NCBI GenBank assembly: GCA_045590935.1 | Contig: JAZNSA010000018.1 | Location: 1,512-65,511 of the forward strand | Direction of reading: 5' to 3' | Source of the DNA: Clostridia bacterium | Lineage (GTDB): Bacteria; Bacillota; Clostridia; UBA1381; UMGS1253 | DNA length: 64,000 nt | Shown: positions 9,554 to 18,799 of the stretch, piece after piece | Numbering within the stretch: position 1 is the first letter of the stretch | Layout: each line of letters begins with the position of its first letter | Program-made: the position numbers and the translations under genes | The notes under the pieces: model-generated | What the model was told of the DNA's origin: nothing | What the model saw: the letters and a program-made list of their open reading frames with translations, nothing else | Databases searched by the model: none

Positions 9554-9582
9554 ATTATACCATCATTGAGGATTAAAAGCAA
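9554..9582 (-). promoter_or_regulatory. putative sigma-A promoter for the oxidoreductase-cysK transcription unit
   Basis: Minus strand reads TTGCTT, a 17-nt spacer, then TGgTATAAT. Confidence 0.4.
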
Positions 9583-9889
9583 GACAATATCATATTTTTA
9601 TTCAGTCAAAAGCAATTTTTCTTAAAGATTTTTAAAAAACCCTTTGTTTTTTCAGATTTCTAAACTTTATCCACATTTGATTTTCGGCATAAAATACACA
9701 TATATTTAAAGTATACCACAACTTTTTTTGAAATTCAATTCGTTTAGGTTATTTTTTCTAAAACTATATACAGATTTTTGCTTTAACAATGAATTACTGC
9801 GGATTTTAATATATGCTCTTGATTTTATGTTCGAGTATGTGGTATTATTATTATATGAAATATTTATTTTTATGAGAGGTAATTTTTAT

Positions 9890-10597
9890 ATGCGTATTGA
9901 TAAATATCTTTCTTCTTCGGGAAAAGGCTCAAGAAAAGAGATAAAGCAGTTTCTAAAAGACGGAAAGGTCGCAGTTAATGATAAAATTATTAAAAATGCG
10001 GATTTCCAAGTAGATGAAAATAACGATAAAGTCCTTTTTTTCGGCGAAGAAATTATATATAAAAAGTTTATATATCTTATGCTAAACAAGCCGGCGGGCT
10101 ATATAAGTGCAACGGAGGACAAAATGCTTCCCGTTGTTTCATCGCTTGTCCCGAGCGAGCTTGCTCATTTTGAGGTCTTTTGTGCGGGAAGACTTGATAT
10201 TGATACAACAGGGCTTTTGCTTTTAACAAACGATGGGGCTTTTGCACATCACTTAATGTCGCCAAAGCATCACATCGAAAAAAAATATTATGCTCTCATA
10301 GATACGCCTGTAACGGAAATTGACATAGAAAAAATGAAAAACGGAATAACATTGGATGATGGTTATAAATGTATGGAAGCAAAGCTTGAAATTATATCAA
10401 CCAAAAATAACCAAAGCGAAATATACCTGACTATATGCGAGGGTAAATTTCATCAGGTCAAGCGTATGTTTGAGGCTGTTGGCAAAAAGGTTTTAAGCCT
10501 GAAAAGAGTATCAATAGGCGGTGTTTTGCTCGACGCCTCGTTAGAGGAGGGCGAAATGCGCGAGCTTACCGAAGAGGAGCTTTCGCTTCTTATGTAA
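9890..10597 (+). CDS. rsuA: 16S rRNA pseudouridine synthase, RsuA family
   Basis: S4 domain (MRIDKYLSSSGKGSRKEIKQFLKDGKVAVN) and catalytic GRLDIDTTGLLLLTNDG. The track ORF begins at 9728 in the AT-rich leader; ATG 9890 has GAGAGG upstream. Confidence 0.85.
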   Translation: MRIDKYLSSSGKGSRKEIKQFLKDGKVAVNDKIIKNADFQVDENNDKVLFFGEEIIYKKFIYLMLNKPAGYISATEDKMLPVVSSLVPSELAHFEVFCAGRLDIDTTGLLLLTNDGAFAHHLMSPKHHIEKKYYALIDTPVTEIDIEKMKNGITLDDGYKCMEAKLEIISTKNNQSEIYLTICEGKFHQVKRMFEAVGKKVLSLKRVSIGGVLLDASLEEGEMRELTEEELSLLM

Positions 10598-10685
10598 ACG
10601 ATGATTAAATCGCAATTAAAAAAGCCTCCTCATCCGTCAAACCTTATGGTTTTTCACCTTCCCCTCAAGGGAAAGGCTTGAGGCA
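10596..10685 (+). repeat. R-family mosaic repeat, partial copy R1
   Basis: It begins at the rsuA stop with gtaaacgatgattaaat, the same 15-mer as the inverted right end of R2. It then carries cctcatccgtcaaaccttatggttt and the palindrome ccttcccctcaagggaaagg, both shared with R3/R4. Confidence 0.7.
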
Positions 10686-10811
10686 TAATAATTTTATGTT
10701 ATTTCATCATAAAACCATAATTATTTTCATACGTGCCTAACATTTGAATTTGCTTTTTGTTCATCGGTAAACCTTTATTGAACCACACGACTATTGCGTG
10801 ATTTTCGTTAT

Positions 10812-10854
10812 ACAAAAAAGGGCGTAGCAAATGATTTTTCATTTTGCTGCACCC
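10812..10854 (-). terminator. intrinsic terminator of dpaA-dpaB
   Basis: On the minus strand, gggtgcagcaaa / tttgctacgccc form a stem followed by TTTTTTG, 30 nt after the dpaB stop. Confidence 0.6.
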
Positions 10855-10884
10855 TTTTATTTCACTATCAAATTGTCATTTTCC

Positions 10885-11463
10885 TCAAAAAACAATTGGC
10901 TGTAGCTGAGTATAATCAAGTGCACTTTTTGTTGCTTCCAAAACCAAATCAAAGTTGCAAACAAGCGATTTCGGTTTTTTTTGAGGGTCATCCTCCCCAA
11001 ACGGCACAAAGAACACATTTTTTGAATTAATAAGCGTCATAATATTTCTGCCACTTGCGCCAAGCCCGTCATTTGTTGCAAGTGCAATAAGAAGAGGTCT
11101 GTTATTTCTCAAATGCGCCTTTGCCGCCATTGTTACCGCCGTATCTGTTATTCCGTTCGCCAATTTTGCCATTGTGTTTCCTGTGCAAGGACAAATTATC
11201 AAAATATCAAGCAGTTTTTTTGGTCCTATCGGCTCAGCATCGCTTATTGTGTGTATAACTTTTTTCCCGCAGATTTGCTCCGCTTTTTCAACAAACTCCT
11301 CTGCTTTTCCAAATCTTGTATCCGTTGCCCACGCCGTCTCGCTCATTATTGGTACTATATCGCACCCTACCCCCTTTAATGCCTCAAGTTGCCTGAATGC
11401 CCCATTAAAGCTACAAAACGAGCCAGTTATTGCAAATCCGACTGTCTTATTAAAAAGCTCCAA
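10885..11463 (-). CDS. dpaB: dipicolinate synthase subunit B (SpoVFB)
   Basis: Flavoprotein-fold motifs ITGSFCS and PCTGNTMAKLANGITD. The TTG start abuts the dpaA stop, with GGGGGG 6 nt upstream. Confidence 0.9.
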   Translation of the reverse strand: MELFNKTVGFAITGSFCSFNGAFRQLEALKGVGCDIVPIMSETAWATDTRFGKAEEFVEKAEQICGKKVIHTISDAEPIGPKKLLDILIICPCTGNTMAKLANGITDTAVTMAAKAHLRNNRPLLIALATNDGLGASGRNIMTLINSKNVFFVPFGEDDPQKKPKSLVCNFDLVLEATKSALDYTQLQPIVF

Positions 11464-12348
11464 CTATATCCCCCCTAACATTTGCAATTTATCAGCTATT
11501 GACTCATATATAATCTCTCCCGATGCCTTTGGCGCAAATCTCCCTGGAAGCGACATAGCTATTATTGGCTTTATATTAAGCTTTTCTGCCACCTCTAAAT
11601 CAATTCCTCCCGGCTTTGATGCAAGCTCAATAACAACGCAATCTTCTCTTATTTCCATAAGCTCCTCATATCCTATAACAACGCTCGGCACAGTATTAAA
11701 AATAAAATCCGCCTCTCCCAAAGCCTTTTTCATTTCAATTATATCGTACGCCTCGCATCCAAAAAGACTTGCTTCCAAGCGTGCCGCTTCGCTCCTTGCC
11801 GCAATCGTAACCCTTGCCCCAAGGCCTTGCAGACCCCTTGCCAAAAATTTTGCTATTCTTCCAAATCCAACTATAACGCACCTGCTTTGCAAAAGCGAAG
11901 CAGCTGAATTTTGAATTGCAAGCATAATTGCACACTCCGCCGTTATTGCAGCATTTTTCATAACAAGCCTTTCGCTTTCAAAATAATCAAAAAATTTTAT
12001 ATTTCTCTTGCCTAAGTCTTCCTTTAGCTTCTTTGAAATATTTCCGCCTAAAACAATATGACTCTCATTTAATCTGTCTAAAACACTTTCCGCAGTAATT
12101 TTGTTTTCAATATTTTCCAAGCAAGGTGCATTAATAAATTTCTCATCCTTCAAAACGGGCAACGGCAAAACAATAAATTTACTTTCATCAATTGCATATT
12201 CAAGCTTGTCGCAAGCTTCAATTTTTGGATTTAAAAATTTTTTATCAATTCCGTAAACCCTCAGTGTAAGCCCATCATTTACTGCTTTTTCGGCAAGATA
12301 TACCATTCTCATATCTCCGCCAATTATTAAAATACTTTTATTTTCCAC
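11464..12348 (-). CDS. dpaA: dipicolinate synthase subunit A (SpoVFA)
   Basis: NAD-binding VGFGRIAKFLARGLQGLGARV; 294 aa; paired with dpaB. Confidence 0.9.
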   Translation of the reverse strand: MENKSILIIGGDMRMVYLAEKAVNDGLTLRVYGIDKKFLNPKIEACDKLEYAIDESKFIVLPLPVLKDEKFINAPCLENIENKITAESVLDRLNESHIVLGGNISKKLKEDLGKRNIKFFDYFESERLVMKNAAITAECAIMLAIQNSAASLLQSRCVIVGFGRIAKFLARGLQGLGARVTIAARSEAARLEASLFGCEAYDIIEMKKALGEADFIFNTVPSVVIGYEELMEIREDCVVIELASKPGGIDLEVAEKLNIKPIIAMSLPGRFAPKASGEIIYESIADKLQMLGGI

Positions 12349-12564
12349 TTTAACGCCACCCCATATTCTCTGTTTATAAACAACAAAATCTCATTTTCAT
12401 TGCATTATCATAATATGAAAATTGTTTTCTTTTGTGCATACGACATAAAAAAGATACAAAAAACATACAACCAATTTAAAATAAAGTCTTGCAAATTTTT
12501 GAATTTTGTATTATTATATATAGTGTGATTTTATGTACAAGTCTTTTTTGAAAGAAGGGATTAA

Positions 12565-13446
12565 ATGCAAAATAATACTCTGCTTCAAACTCTTGCGCAG
12601 AAAATGAATTCATTTAGTAAAGGTCAAAAGAAAATTGCCGAATTTATTTTAAATCAATATGATAAAGCGGCATATATTACTGCGGCAAAGCTTGGTACAA
12701 GCGTTGGGGTCAGTGAGTCAACGGTTGTGCGGTTTGCTGTTGGGCTTGGATTTGATGGCTACCCCGCCTTGCAAAGAGAGCTTAAGACTTTGGTTAAAAC
12801 TAAGCTGACAGCCGCTCAACGACTTGAGGTTACCTCTGACAGAATTGGCAAAAACGATATTTTAACAGCCGTTCTTGAATCGGATACGGAAAATATAAAA
12901 TCAACTCTTGAAGAAATTGACAAGGCGCAGTTTGAAAAAATAACAAAATCAATTATTTGTGCTAAAAATATATACGTTGTCGGAGTAAGAAGCTCCGCCG
13001 CACTCGCCTCGTTTCTTTCCTTTTATCTCAATCTCATCCGTGGCAATGTGCGTTTAGTTCAATCGGCAACGGCAAGTGAGCTTTTTGAGCAAATATTCAG
13101 GATTGAGGAGGGCGATGTTTTAATTGGAATAAGCTTTCCGAGATATTCTAAGCGTACGCTTAAAGCAATCAAATATGCAAAAAGTCAGGGTGCAACCGTT
13201 ATAGGAATAACAGATAGCAGCTCTGCCCCTGTTTCGATTGAATCGGATTATTGCTTAGTTGCAAAAAGCGAAATGGTATCTGTTGTTGATAGCCTTGTAG
13301 CCCCGCTAAGCGTTATAAATGCACTTCTTGTTTCTATATGTATAAGCAAGGAAAACGAGGTTTTGTCAGCTTTTAACAAGCTTGAAAATATCTGGGATGA
13401 ATATCAGGTATACGAAAAAGAGCACACGAAAGGAACATCTGAATAG
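12565..13446 (+). CDS. MurR/RpiR family transcriptional regulator
   Basis: N-terminal HTH_6 (AAKLGTSVGVSESTVVRFA) plus a SIS domain (VVGVRSSAALASFLSFYL). Confidence 0.85.
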   Translation: MQNNTLLQTLAQKMNSFSKGQKKIAEFILNQYDKAAYITAAKLGTSVGVSESTVVRFAVGLGFDGYPALQRELKTLVKTKLTAAQRLEVTSDRIGKNDILTAVLESDTENIKSTLEEIDKAQFEKITKSIICAKNIYVVGVRSSAALASFLSFYLNLIRGNVRLVQSATASELFEQIFRIEEGDVLIGISFPRYSKRTLKAIKYAKSQGATVIGITDSSSAPVSIESDYCLVAKSEMVSVVDSLVAPLSVINALLVSICISKENEVLSAFNKLENIWDEYQVYEKEHTKGTSE

Positions 13447-14669
13447 TGGAAAAAATTGCAGTAATAGGCGGCGGTGCCGCAGGTCTTATGGCGGTGGGCA
13501 GGCTCGCAGAGCGAGGTAAAAATGTTGTTTTAATTGAAAAAAATCCTATGCTCGGAAAGAAAATAAGAATAACGGGCAAGGGTAGGTGCAACGTAACAAA
13601 CGCTTGCGATATTGAAGATATTTTAAAAAATGTTCCCGTAAATGCAAATTTTTTATACAGTGCTTTATATACCTTCTCAAACGATAACCTTATTGAGCTT
13701 TTAAACAACCTCGGTGTTGAAACAAAGGTAGAGCGTGGCGGAAGAGTTTTTCCCGCAAGCGACAATGCAAAGGATATTGTTGAGGCATTAAAAAAATATG
13801 CATTAAAGTCAAACGTGCATCTTCTGAAAAAGGAAGTTTCAAGGCTTATTGTTGAGGACAGCATCGTTCGCGGGCTAGTGTATAGCAGTGGCGAAAAGCT
13901 TTATTGCGACAAGGTAATAGTCGCAACGGGTGGAAAATCGTATCCGCTGACAGGCTCAACGGGCGACGGCTATAAATTTGCAAAGCAAGCGGGGCACAAT
14001 ATCATCCCCACGAAGCCATCTCTTGTACCGCTTGAAATATATGAGCATTTATGCAAAGACTTGATGGGGCTTTCGCTTAAAAATATCAAACTTACGCTTT
14101 TGAATAGCAAAAACAAAGTTATTTATGAGGATTTCGGCGAAATGATTTTTACCCATTTCGGAGTAAGCGGTCCTGTTATTTTGTCAGCAAGCTCACATAT
14201 AAGAAATATTGAAAACGACAAATACTGTATTTGTATCGACTTAAAGCCTGCGCTTGATGAAGCTCAGCTTGATATGAGAATACTAAGGGATTTTGAAAAA
14301 TACTCAAGAAAGCAGTTTTTAAATGCACTTGACGACCTTTTACCAAAAAAACTCATTCCCGTAATAATAAATTTATCAAAAATTGAGCCTCACAAATCGG
14401 TAAATCAAATTTCAAAAGACGAAAGAAAGCGCCTTGTTTCACTTTTAAAGGAACTTCGTTTAAGCGTTAAAGGCTTCAGACCGATAGAGGAAGCAATTGT
14501 TACGTCAGGCGGCGTAGATGTTTTGCAAATTGACCCGTCTACAATGCAATCAAAGCTCGTTTCAGGGCTTTACTTTGCGGGAGAGGTTATAGATGTAGAT
14601 GCCTATACGGGCGGATTTAATCTTCAAATAGCTTTTTCTACAGGTTATCTTGCAGGAGATAATGCATAA
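13446..14669 (+). CDS. NAD(P)/FAD-dependent oxidoreductase, HI0933/BaiN-like flavoprotein
   Basis: VIGGGAAGLMA dinucleotide-binding motif; 407 aa of typical family length. The GTG start overlaps the rpiR stop. Confidence 0.85.
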   Translation: MEKIAVIGGGAAGLMAVGRLAERGKNVVLIEKNPMLGKKIRITGKGRCNVTNACDIEDILKNVPVNANFLYSALYTFSNDNLIELLNNLGVETKVERGGRVFPASDNAKDIVEALKKYALKSNVHLLKKEVSRLIVEDSIVRGLVYSSGEKLYCDKVIVATGGKSYPLTGSTGDGYKFAKQAGHNIIPTKPSLVPLEIYEHLCKDLMGLSLKNIKLTLLNSKNKVIYEDFGEMIFTHFGVSGPVILSASSHIRNIENDKYCICIDLKPALDEAQLDMRILRDFEKYSRKQFLNALDDLLPKKLIPVIINLSKIEPHKSVNQISKDERKRLVSLLKELRLSVKGFRPIEEAIVTSGGVDVLQIDPSTMQSKLVSGLYFAGEVIDVDAYTGGFNLQIAFSTGYLAGDNA

Positions 14670-14692
14670 TAAAAATTAAAGGATGTGATTTT

Positions 14693-15103
14693 ATGAACTT
14701 CGGAAGCAAGGATATTGCAACCGCAGCCATATCAATCTCTATGACATCTGACAGAGAGTCAGAAAAAAAATTAAAGCAGCAGTACCTTTCACTTGGCATA
14801 AAAGCTGCGGCGGCAGATTACGGCGGCGATTTTACTAATTCAATAACAAAAATAATTGAGCGTGCAGTTGTGTGCGCAAGGCGTGAGGGCGTTATTGACG
14901 ATTCCCATCTGGAGCAGGGTGCTGTTGCAGGTGCGGCGCACGAAGCTTTATCTCAAATCGCATCTAAGGCTATTGGTTTGTCAGTAGGCGGAAAAATCGG
15001 AATTGCCCGTTTCGACGACCATATAAGCGTTTCAATCTTTTTTACTGTTGGGCTTTTAAACCTTAATGAGGTTGCAATAGGTTTGGGGCACAGAGCAGTT
15101 TAA
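14693..15103 (+). CDS. HutP-family protein (putative RNA-binding antiterminator-like)
   Basis: 136 aa. The C-terminal half aligns by eye with B. subtilis HutP (..HEAL.., IAVS-like ISVSIFFTVG, terminal GLGH vs GVGINH). This assignment comes from memory of the family and was not searched. Confidence 0.5.
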   Translation: MNFGSKDIATAAISISMTSDRESEKKLKQQYLSLGIKAAAADYGGDFTNSITKIIERAVVCARREGVIDDSHLEQGAVAGAAHEALSQIASKAIGLSVGGKIGIARFDDHISVSIFFTVGLLNLNEVAIGLGHRAV

Positions 15104-15126
15104 TAAAAATTATAAGGGTGGTAAAT

Positions 15127-15804
15127 ATGATAAATATTGCTATTGACGGCCCTGCGGGCGCAGGAAAGAGCACAATTGCAAAAGAGCTTGCAAGGCGTCT
15201 TGGATATATATATATCGATACGGGTGCTATGTATAGAACGGTTGCGCTTTACGCAGTCAGAAACTCTATTGATTCAAAAAATTCAGACGGAGTTTTAGAA
15301 AAAGAATTAGAAAACATATCAGTCGACATAAGATATATAGATTCCGTTCAACAAATGTTTTTAAATGGTGAAAATGTTTCGGCTTATATCCGTACGCCCC
15401 AGGTAAGTGTTGCAGCATCAAACGTTGCAACGTGCAAATGCGTAAGAGATAAGCTTGTTTATCTTCAACGTGAGCTTGCAAAGAAGTCGAATGTTATAAT
15501 GGACGGTCGGGATATTGCAAGCAACGTCTTAAAGGATGCCCAAATCAAAATCTTTTTAACAGCAACCCCTGAAAAAAGAGCAAAAAGAAGATTTGACGAG
15601 CTTGTTGAAAAGGGAGAGAGCGTTAATTTTGAAGAGGTTTATAACGATATGCTGTACAGGGATAAAAACGATTCAACAAGAAAAGAAAGCCCTTTGGTAT
15701 GCGTTTCCGAAGCAAAGCTTATTGATACAAGCGATTTAACCTTAAAGCAATCAATAGACACTGTTTACGAATATATAAAGGAGAAGTTAGAATGTATAAA
15801 ATAG
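15127..15804 (+). CDS. cmk: cytidylate kinase
   Basis: IAIDGPAGAGKST P-loop and IDTGAMYR. ATG 15127 lies 5 nt after AAGGGTGG; the track GTG at 15118 lies inside the SD. Confidence 0.92.
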   Translation: MINIAIDGPAGAGKSTIAKELARRLGYIYIDTGAMYRTVALYAVRNSIDSKNSDGVLEKELENISVDIRYIDSVQQMFLNGENVSAYIRTPQVSVAASNVATCKCVRDKLVYLQRELAKKSNVIMDGRDIASNVLKDAQIKIFLTATPEKRAKRRFDELVEKGESVNFEEVYNDMLYRDKNDSTRKESPLVCVSEAKLIDTSDLTLKQSIDTVYEYIKEKLECIK

Positions 15805-16403
15805 CCGTAAAGATTTTAAAGGTTATTATGTGGCCTTTTTTCAGAGTTAAAACATATAACAAGGAAAGCTTCCCCAAAGAGGGTGAGGGGTGCATCGTTG
15901 CATTCAACCACACAAGCAATTTCGACCCCATTGCCGCAGCCTTTGCTGTTCCAAGAGAAATTAATTTCATGGCAAAAAAGGAGCTTTTTAAAAACAAAAT
16001 TTTTGCTTGGCTTATAAAAAGCTTAAACGCATTTCCAATCGACAGAGCAACATCCGATGTCAAGGCAATAAAAACGGCGCTTTCAATTCTTAAAAATGAT
16101 GAAGTTTTGCTGATGTTTCCTGAGGGAAGGCGTGTTAAAGAGGAAACGCAGACAGATGACGATGCAAAAAACGGCATTGCTCTTTTGGCTCATCGTACAA
16201 AAAAGCCCGTTGTTCCCGCTTTGATTGTTGGAAAATATAAAATTTTTTCAACTACCAAAATCGTATTTGGTGATCCTATTTACTTAGATGAGTACTATGG
16301 TCAGAAGTTAGATACCGACACAATGCACAAAATCAGCACACAAATTTTAAATAAAATTCGAAATTTATCTCCAAATGGAAAAAAAAGTCTTGCAAAATTA
16401 TAA
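15792..16403 (+). CDS. plsC: 1-acyl-sn-glycerol-3-phosphate acyltransferase
   Basis: HX4D motif (NHTSNFD) and FPEGRR; 203 aa. Confidence 0.85.
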   Translation: MYKIAVKILKVIMWPFFRVKTYNKESFPKEGEGCIVAFNHTSNFDPIAAAFAVPREINFMAKKELFKNKIFAWLIKSLNAFPIDRATSDVKAIKTALSILKNDEVLLMFPEGRRVKEETQTDDDAKNGIALLAHRTKKPVVPALIVGKYKIFSTTKIVFGDPIYLDEYYGQKLDTDTMHKISTQILNKIRNLSPNGKKSLAKL

Positions 16404-16441
16404 AAAATGTTGTAAAATAAAATTCGGTAGTGTAAATTGGG

Positions 16442-18427
16442 GTGATTACTTTGAGGGAAATCACAATTGTTAAAAGTGCAGGCTTTTGTTTTGGAGTTAA
16501 GCGAGCGGTTGATGAGGTATATAATTTGCTTGAAAAAAACGAAAAGATTGCAATTTTAGGCGAATTGATACACAATCGTCAGGTCAATGAGGATATATAT
16601 AATCACGGGGCGGTAATGATTGACAATGTTTCAAATTGCGGCGATGGTCGCAGTATAGTTATAAGGGCTCATGGCGTCGGCAGGTCTGTTATAGACGAGT
16701 GTGAAAGCCGAGGGCTTAAGGTTTACGATTTAACTTGTCCATACGTCAAGAAGATACATCAAATCGTTCAAGCCGAATCTGAAAACGGAAGATTTGTTAT
16801 TATAGTCGGGGACAAGGCTCATCCCGAGGTAATAGGCATATCAGGCTGGTGCGATAATAATTTTCAAATTATCAACTCAGTAGATGAGGCATTAGAAATT
16901 ACCGACGAGAATTTATGTATCGTTTCTCAAACGACAGGCAGCAGAGAGAATTTTGAAAAGATATGCTCTTTGCTCAAAAGCAAATTTCCAAACACACTTG
17001 TTTATGACACAATTTGTAAATCAACAAAAATTCGTCAAAACGAAGCAGAGGAAATTTCAAAGCAGTGTGATGCAATGTTTGTTATAGGCGGAAAGAAAAG
17101 CTCAAACACTATAAAGCTGTATAACATTTGTTTGAAAAATTGCAAAGACACATTTCATATCGAAAATTTTGAGGAAATTCCTCAGAATATAAATTTAAAA
17201 AACAAAAAAATAGGTATTACCGCCGGTGCATCAACGCCGTCAGGTATTATCGAGGAGGTAGCGAAAGCGATGGAAGAAATTAAAAACGGAGCAGAATTAA
17301 GCTTTGAGGAGGCAATGGAGCAGACTCTAAAAACTTTAAATACAGGAGATGTGGTAGAAGGTACCGTTGTTGACGTTAGACCTACTGAGGTTATCGTTGA
17401 CCTTGGTTTTAAGTCAGATGGAATTATTTCTGCGTCTGAATTAACAGACGACCCTGATTTAAAGCCTTCGGACATTGTTAAGGTTGGCGATGTCATTTCC
17501 GTATTTGTTGTAGGAGTAAACGACGGAGAGGGCAAAACAGTTCTTTCTAAGAAAAAGCTTGACTATATTGCAGGTCAGAAGAAGATTGAAGATGCTCTTG
17601 AAAATCAGGAAATATTAGAAGGAAAGGTAATCAGCGTTGTAAACGGCGGTATCATTGTTTTAATTGAGGGAACAAGAGTATTCGTTCCTGCAAGAAAGGT
17701 TTCCGACAGATACACAGAGGATTTGTCTGTATTCCTCAATCAGAACGTTCAGTTGAAGATAACTGAAATAAACTCAAGACGTAAAAGAGTTCTTGGTTCT
17801 ATCCGTGATGTGCTTGTTGAGCAGAAGAAAGCTCTTGCAGAAAAATTCTGGGCAGACTGCGAGGTTGGCAAAAAGTACACAGGTGTTGTTAAGTCAGTTA
17901 TGCCATTTGGTGTATTTGTTGATATCGGCGATGTTAAAGGTCTTTTGCATATCAGCGAGCTTAGCTGGAAGAGAATTAAGCATCCGTCAGAAGTTGTAAA
18001 CTCAGGTGATTCAATCGAAGTTTACGTTAAGGATATCGCAGAGGATACAAAGAAAATTTCTCTTGGCTTTAAAAAAGCTGAGGACAACCCTTGGGTTATC
18101 GCTCAGAGTAAATTCAACGTTGAGGACGTTGTAAAATGTAAGGTTGTTCGTTTTATGCCTTTCGGTGCATTTGTTGAGTTAATCCCCGGAGTTGACGGTT
18201 TAATTCATATTTCTCAGATTTCAAACAAGAGAATTAAAGAGCCTGCTGATGAGCTTACAATCGGTCAAGAAGTAGAAGCTAAAATTACAGAGCTTAACTG
18301 GGAAACAAAGAGAATCAGCCTAAGCATAAGAGCATTGATTGCTCCTGTAGCTGAGGATGCTATCGAAGAAGCTCCTGTAGCTGAAGATGCTATCGAAGAG
18401 ACTCCTGTAGCTGGAGATGCTGAATAA
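16442..18427 (+). CDS. ispH: bifunctional 4-hydroxy-3-methylbut-2-enyl diphosphate reductase / ribosomal protein S1 fusion
   Basis: An N-terminal IspH/LytB domain (about 280 aa; GFCFGVKRAV, VSQTT) is fused to four S1 repeats (GxVxxVxxFGxFV pattern). This fusion is known from clostridia. The exact start is uncertain (GTG 16442 or TTG 16451). Confidence 0.9.
   Translation: MITLREITIVKSAGFCFGVKRAVDEVYNLLEKNEKIAILGELIHNRQVNEDIYNHGAVMIDNVSNCGDGRSIVIRAHGVGRSVIDECESRGLKVYDLTCPYVKKIHQIVQAESENGRFVIIVGDKAHPEVIGISGWCDNNFQIINSVDEALEITDENLCIVSQTTGSRENFEKICSLLKSKFPNTLVYDTICKSTKIRQNEAEEISKQCDAMFVIGGKKSSNTIKLYNICLKNCKDTFHIENFEEIPQNINLKNKKIGITAGASTPSGIIEEVAKAMEEIKNGAELSFEEAMEQTLKTLNTGDVVEGTVVDVRPTEVIVDLGFKSDGIISASELTDDPDLKPSDIVKVGDVISVFVVGVNDGEGKTVLSKKKLDYIAGQKKIEDALENQEILEGKVISVVNGGIIVLIEGTRVFVPARKVSDRYTEDLSVFLNQNVQLKITEINSRRKRVLGSIRDVLVEQKKALAEKFWADCEVGKKYTGVVKSVMPFGVFVDIGDVKGLLHISELSWKRIKHPSEVVNSGDSIEVYVKDIAEDTKKISLGFKKAEDNPWVIAQSKFNVEDVVKCKVVRFMPFGAFVELIPGVDGLIHISQISNKRIKEPADELTIGQEVEAKITELNWETKRISLSIRALIAPVAEDAIEEAPVAEDAIEETPVAGDAE
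18341..18427 (+). repeat. 30-nt tandem repeat (2.9 units) encoding APVAEDAIEE at the C-terminus of IspH-S1
   Basis: gctcctgtagctgaRgatgctatcgaagaR occurs twice, followed by a truncated third unit that ends at the stop codon. Confidence 0.85.
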
Positions 18428-18440
18428 TTAACAATTTTAA

Positions 18441-18469
18441 AGGAGTTGCCAATCGGCAACTCCTTTTTT
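18441..18469 (+). terminator. intrinsic terminator of ispH-S1
   Basis: aggagttgcc-aatc-ggcaactcct (10-bp perfect stem) followed by TTTTT. Confidence 0.8.
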
Positions 18470-18480
18470 GATTTTATTTT

Positions 18481-18777
18481 TTACTCAGCTTTAATGTTTT
18501 CTATGCTGGCTTCCTTTTCTGCAATGCTTGCATTCACATTTTCAATTTCTTTGCATACATTTTCAACATCCTCATTGCTTACTTCGTTTCCTAAATAGGA
18601 CTCATAAACTAAGCCGCCAAGCTTTTGCTTCAATTCATTAACCGTTGTCTTTTCCGAACTTATCGCAAGCTTAATTTTTGCAATTTCATAAGTATCCTCG
18701 GATTTTTTAGCAACCTTTTTCGCAGCATTTGTAACCTTTCCTAAAAATTTGTCAAAGCTTTCCTTATTAATACTCAT
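18481..18777 (-). CDS. hypothetical coiled-coil protein (98 aa)
   Basis: MSINKESFDKFLGKVTNAAKKVAKK... is Lys/Glu rich. ATG 18777 has AAGGGGAAG upstream, whereas the track start at 18807 would overlap xerD. Confidence 0.5.
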   Translation of the reverse strand: MSINKESFDKFLGKVTNAAKKVAKKSEDTYEIAKIKLAISSEKTTVNELKQKLGGLVYESYLGNEVSNEDVENVCKEIENVNASIAEKEASIENIKAE

Positions 18778-18799
18778 AATTTCTTCCCCTTTCATTTTC

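Noticed and set aside
10588-10602. TTATGTAAACG at the rsuA stop and R1 end resembles the XerD-binding arm of Firmicute dif (TTATGTAAACT), and xerD is in the window.
   Set aside because: There is no matching XerC arm or 6-bp central region upstream (gaggagctttcgcttc). Only a half-site is similar, and the other R termini (aagtaaaca) fit worse.
10700-10790. A minus-strand 21-codon ORF MNKKQIQMLGTYENNYGFMMK lies between the dpaB terminator and R1.
   Set aside because: It has a weak SD, is very short, shows no supporting features, and lies downstream of a terminator.
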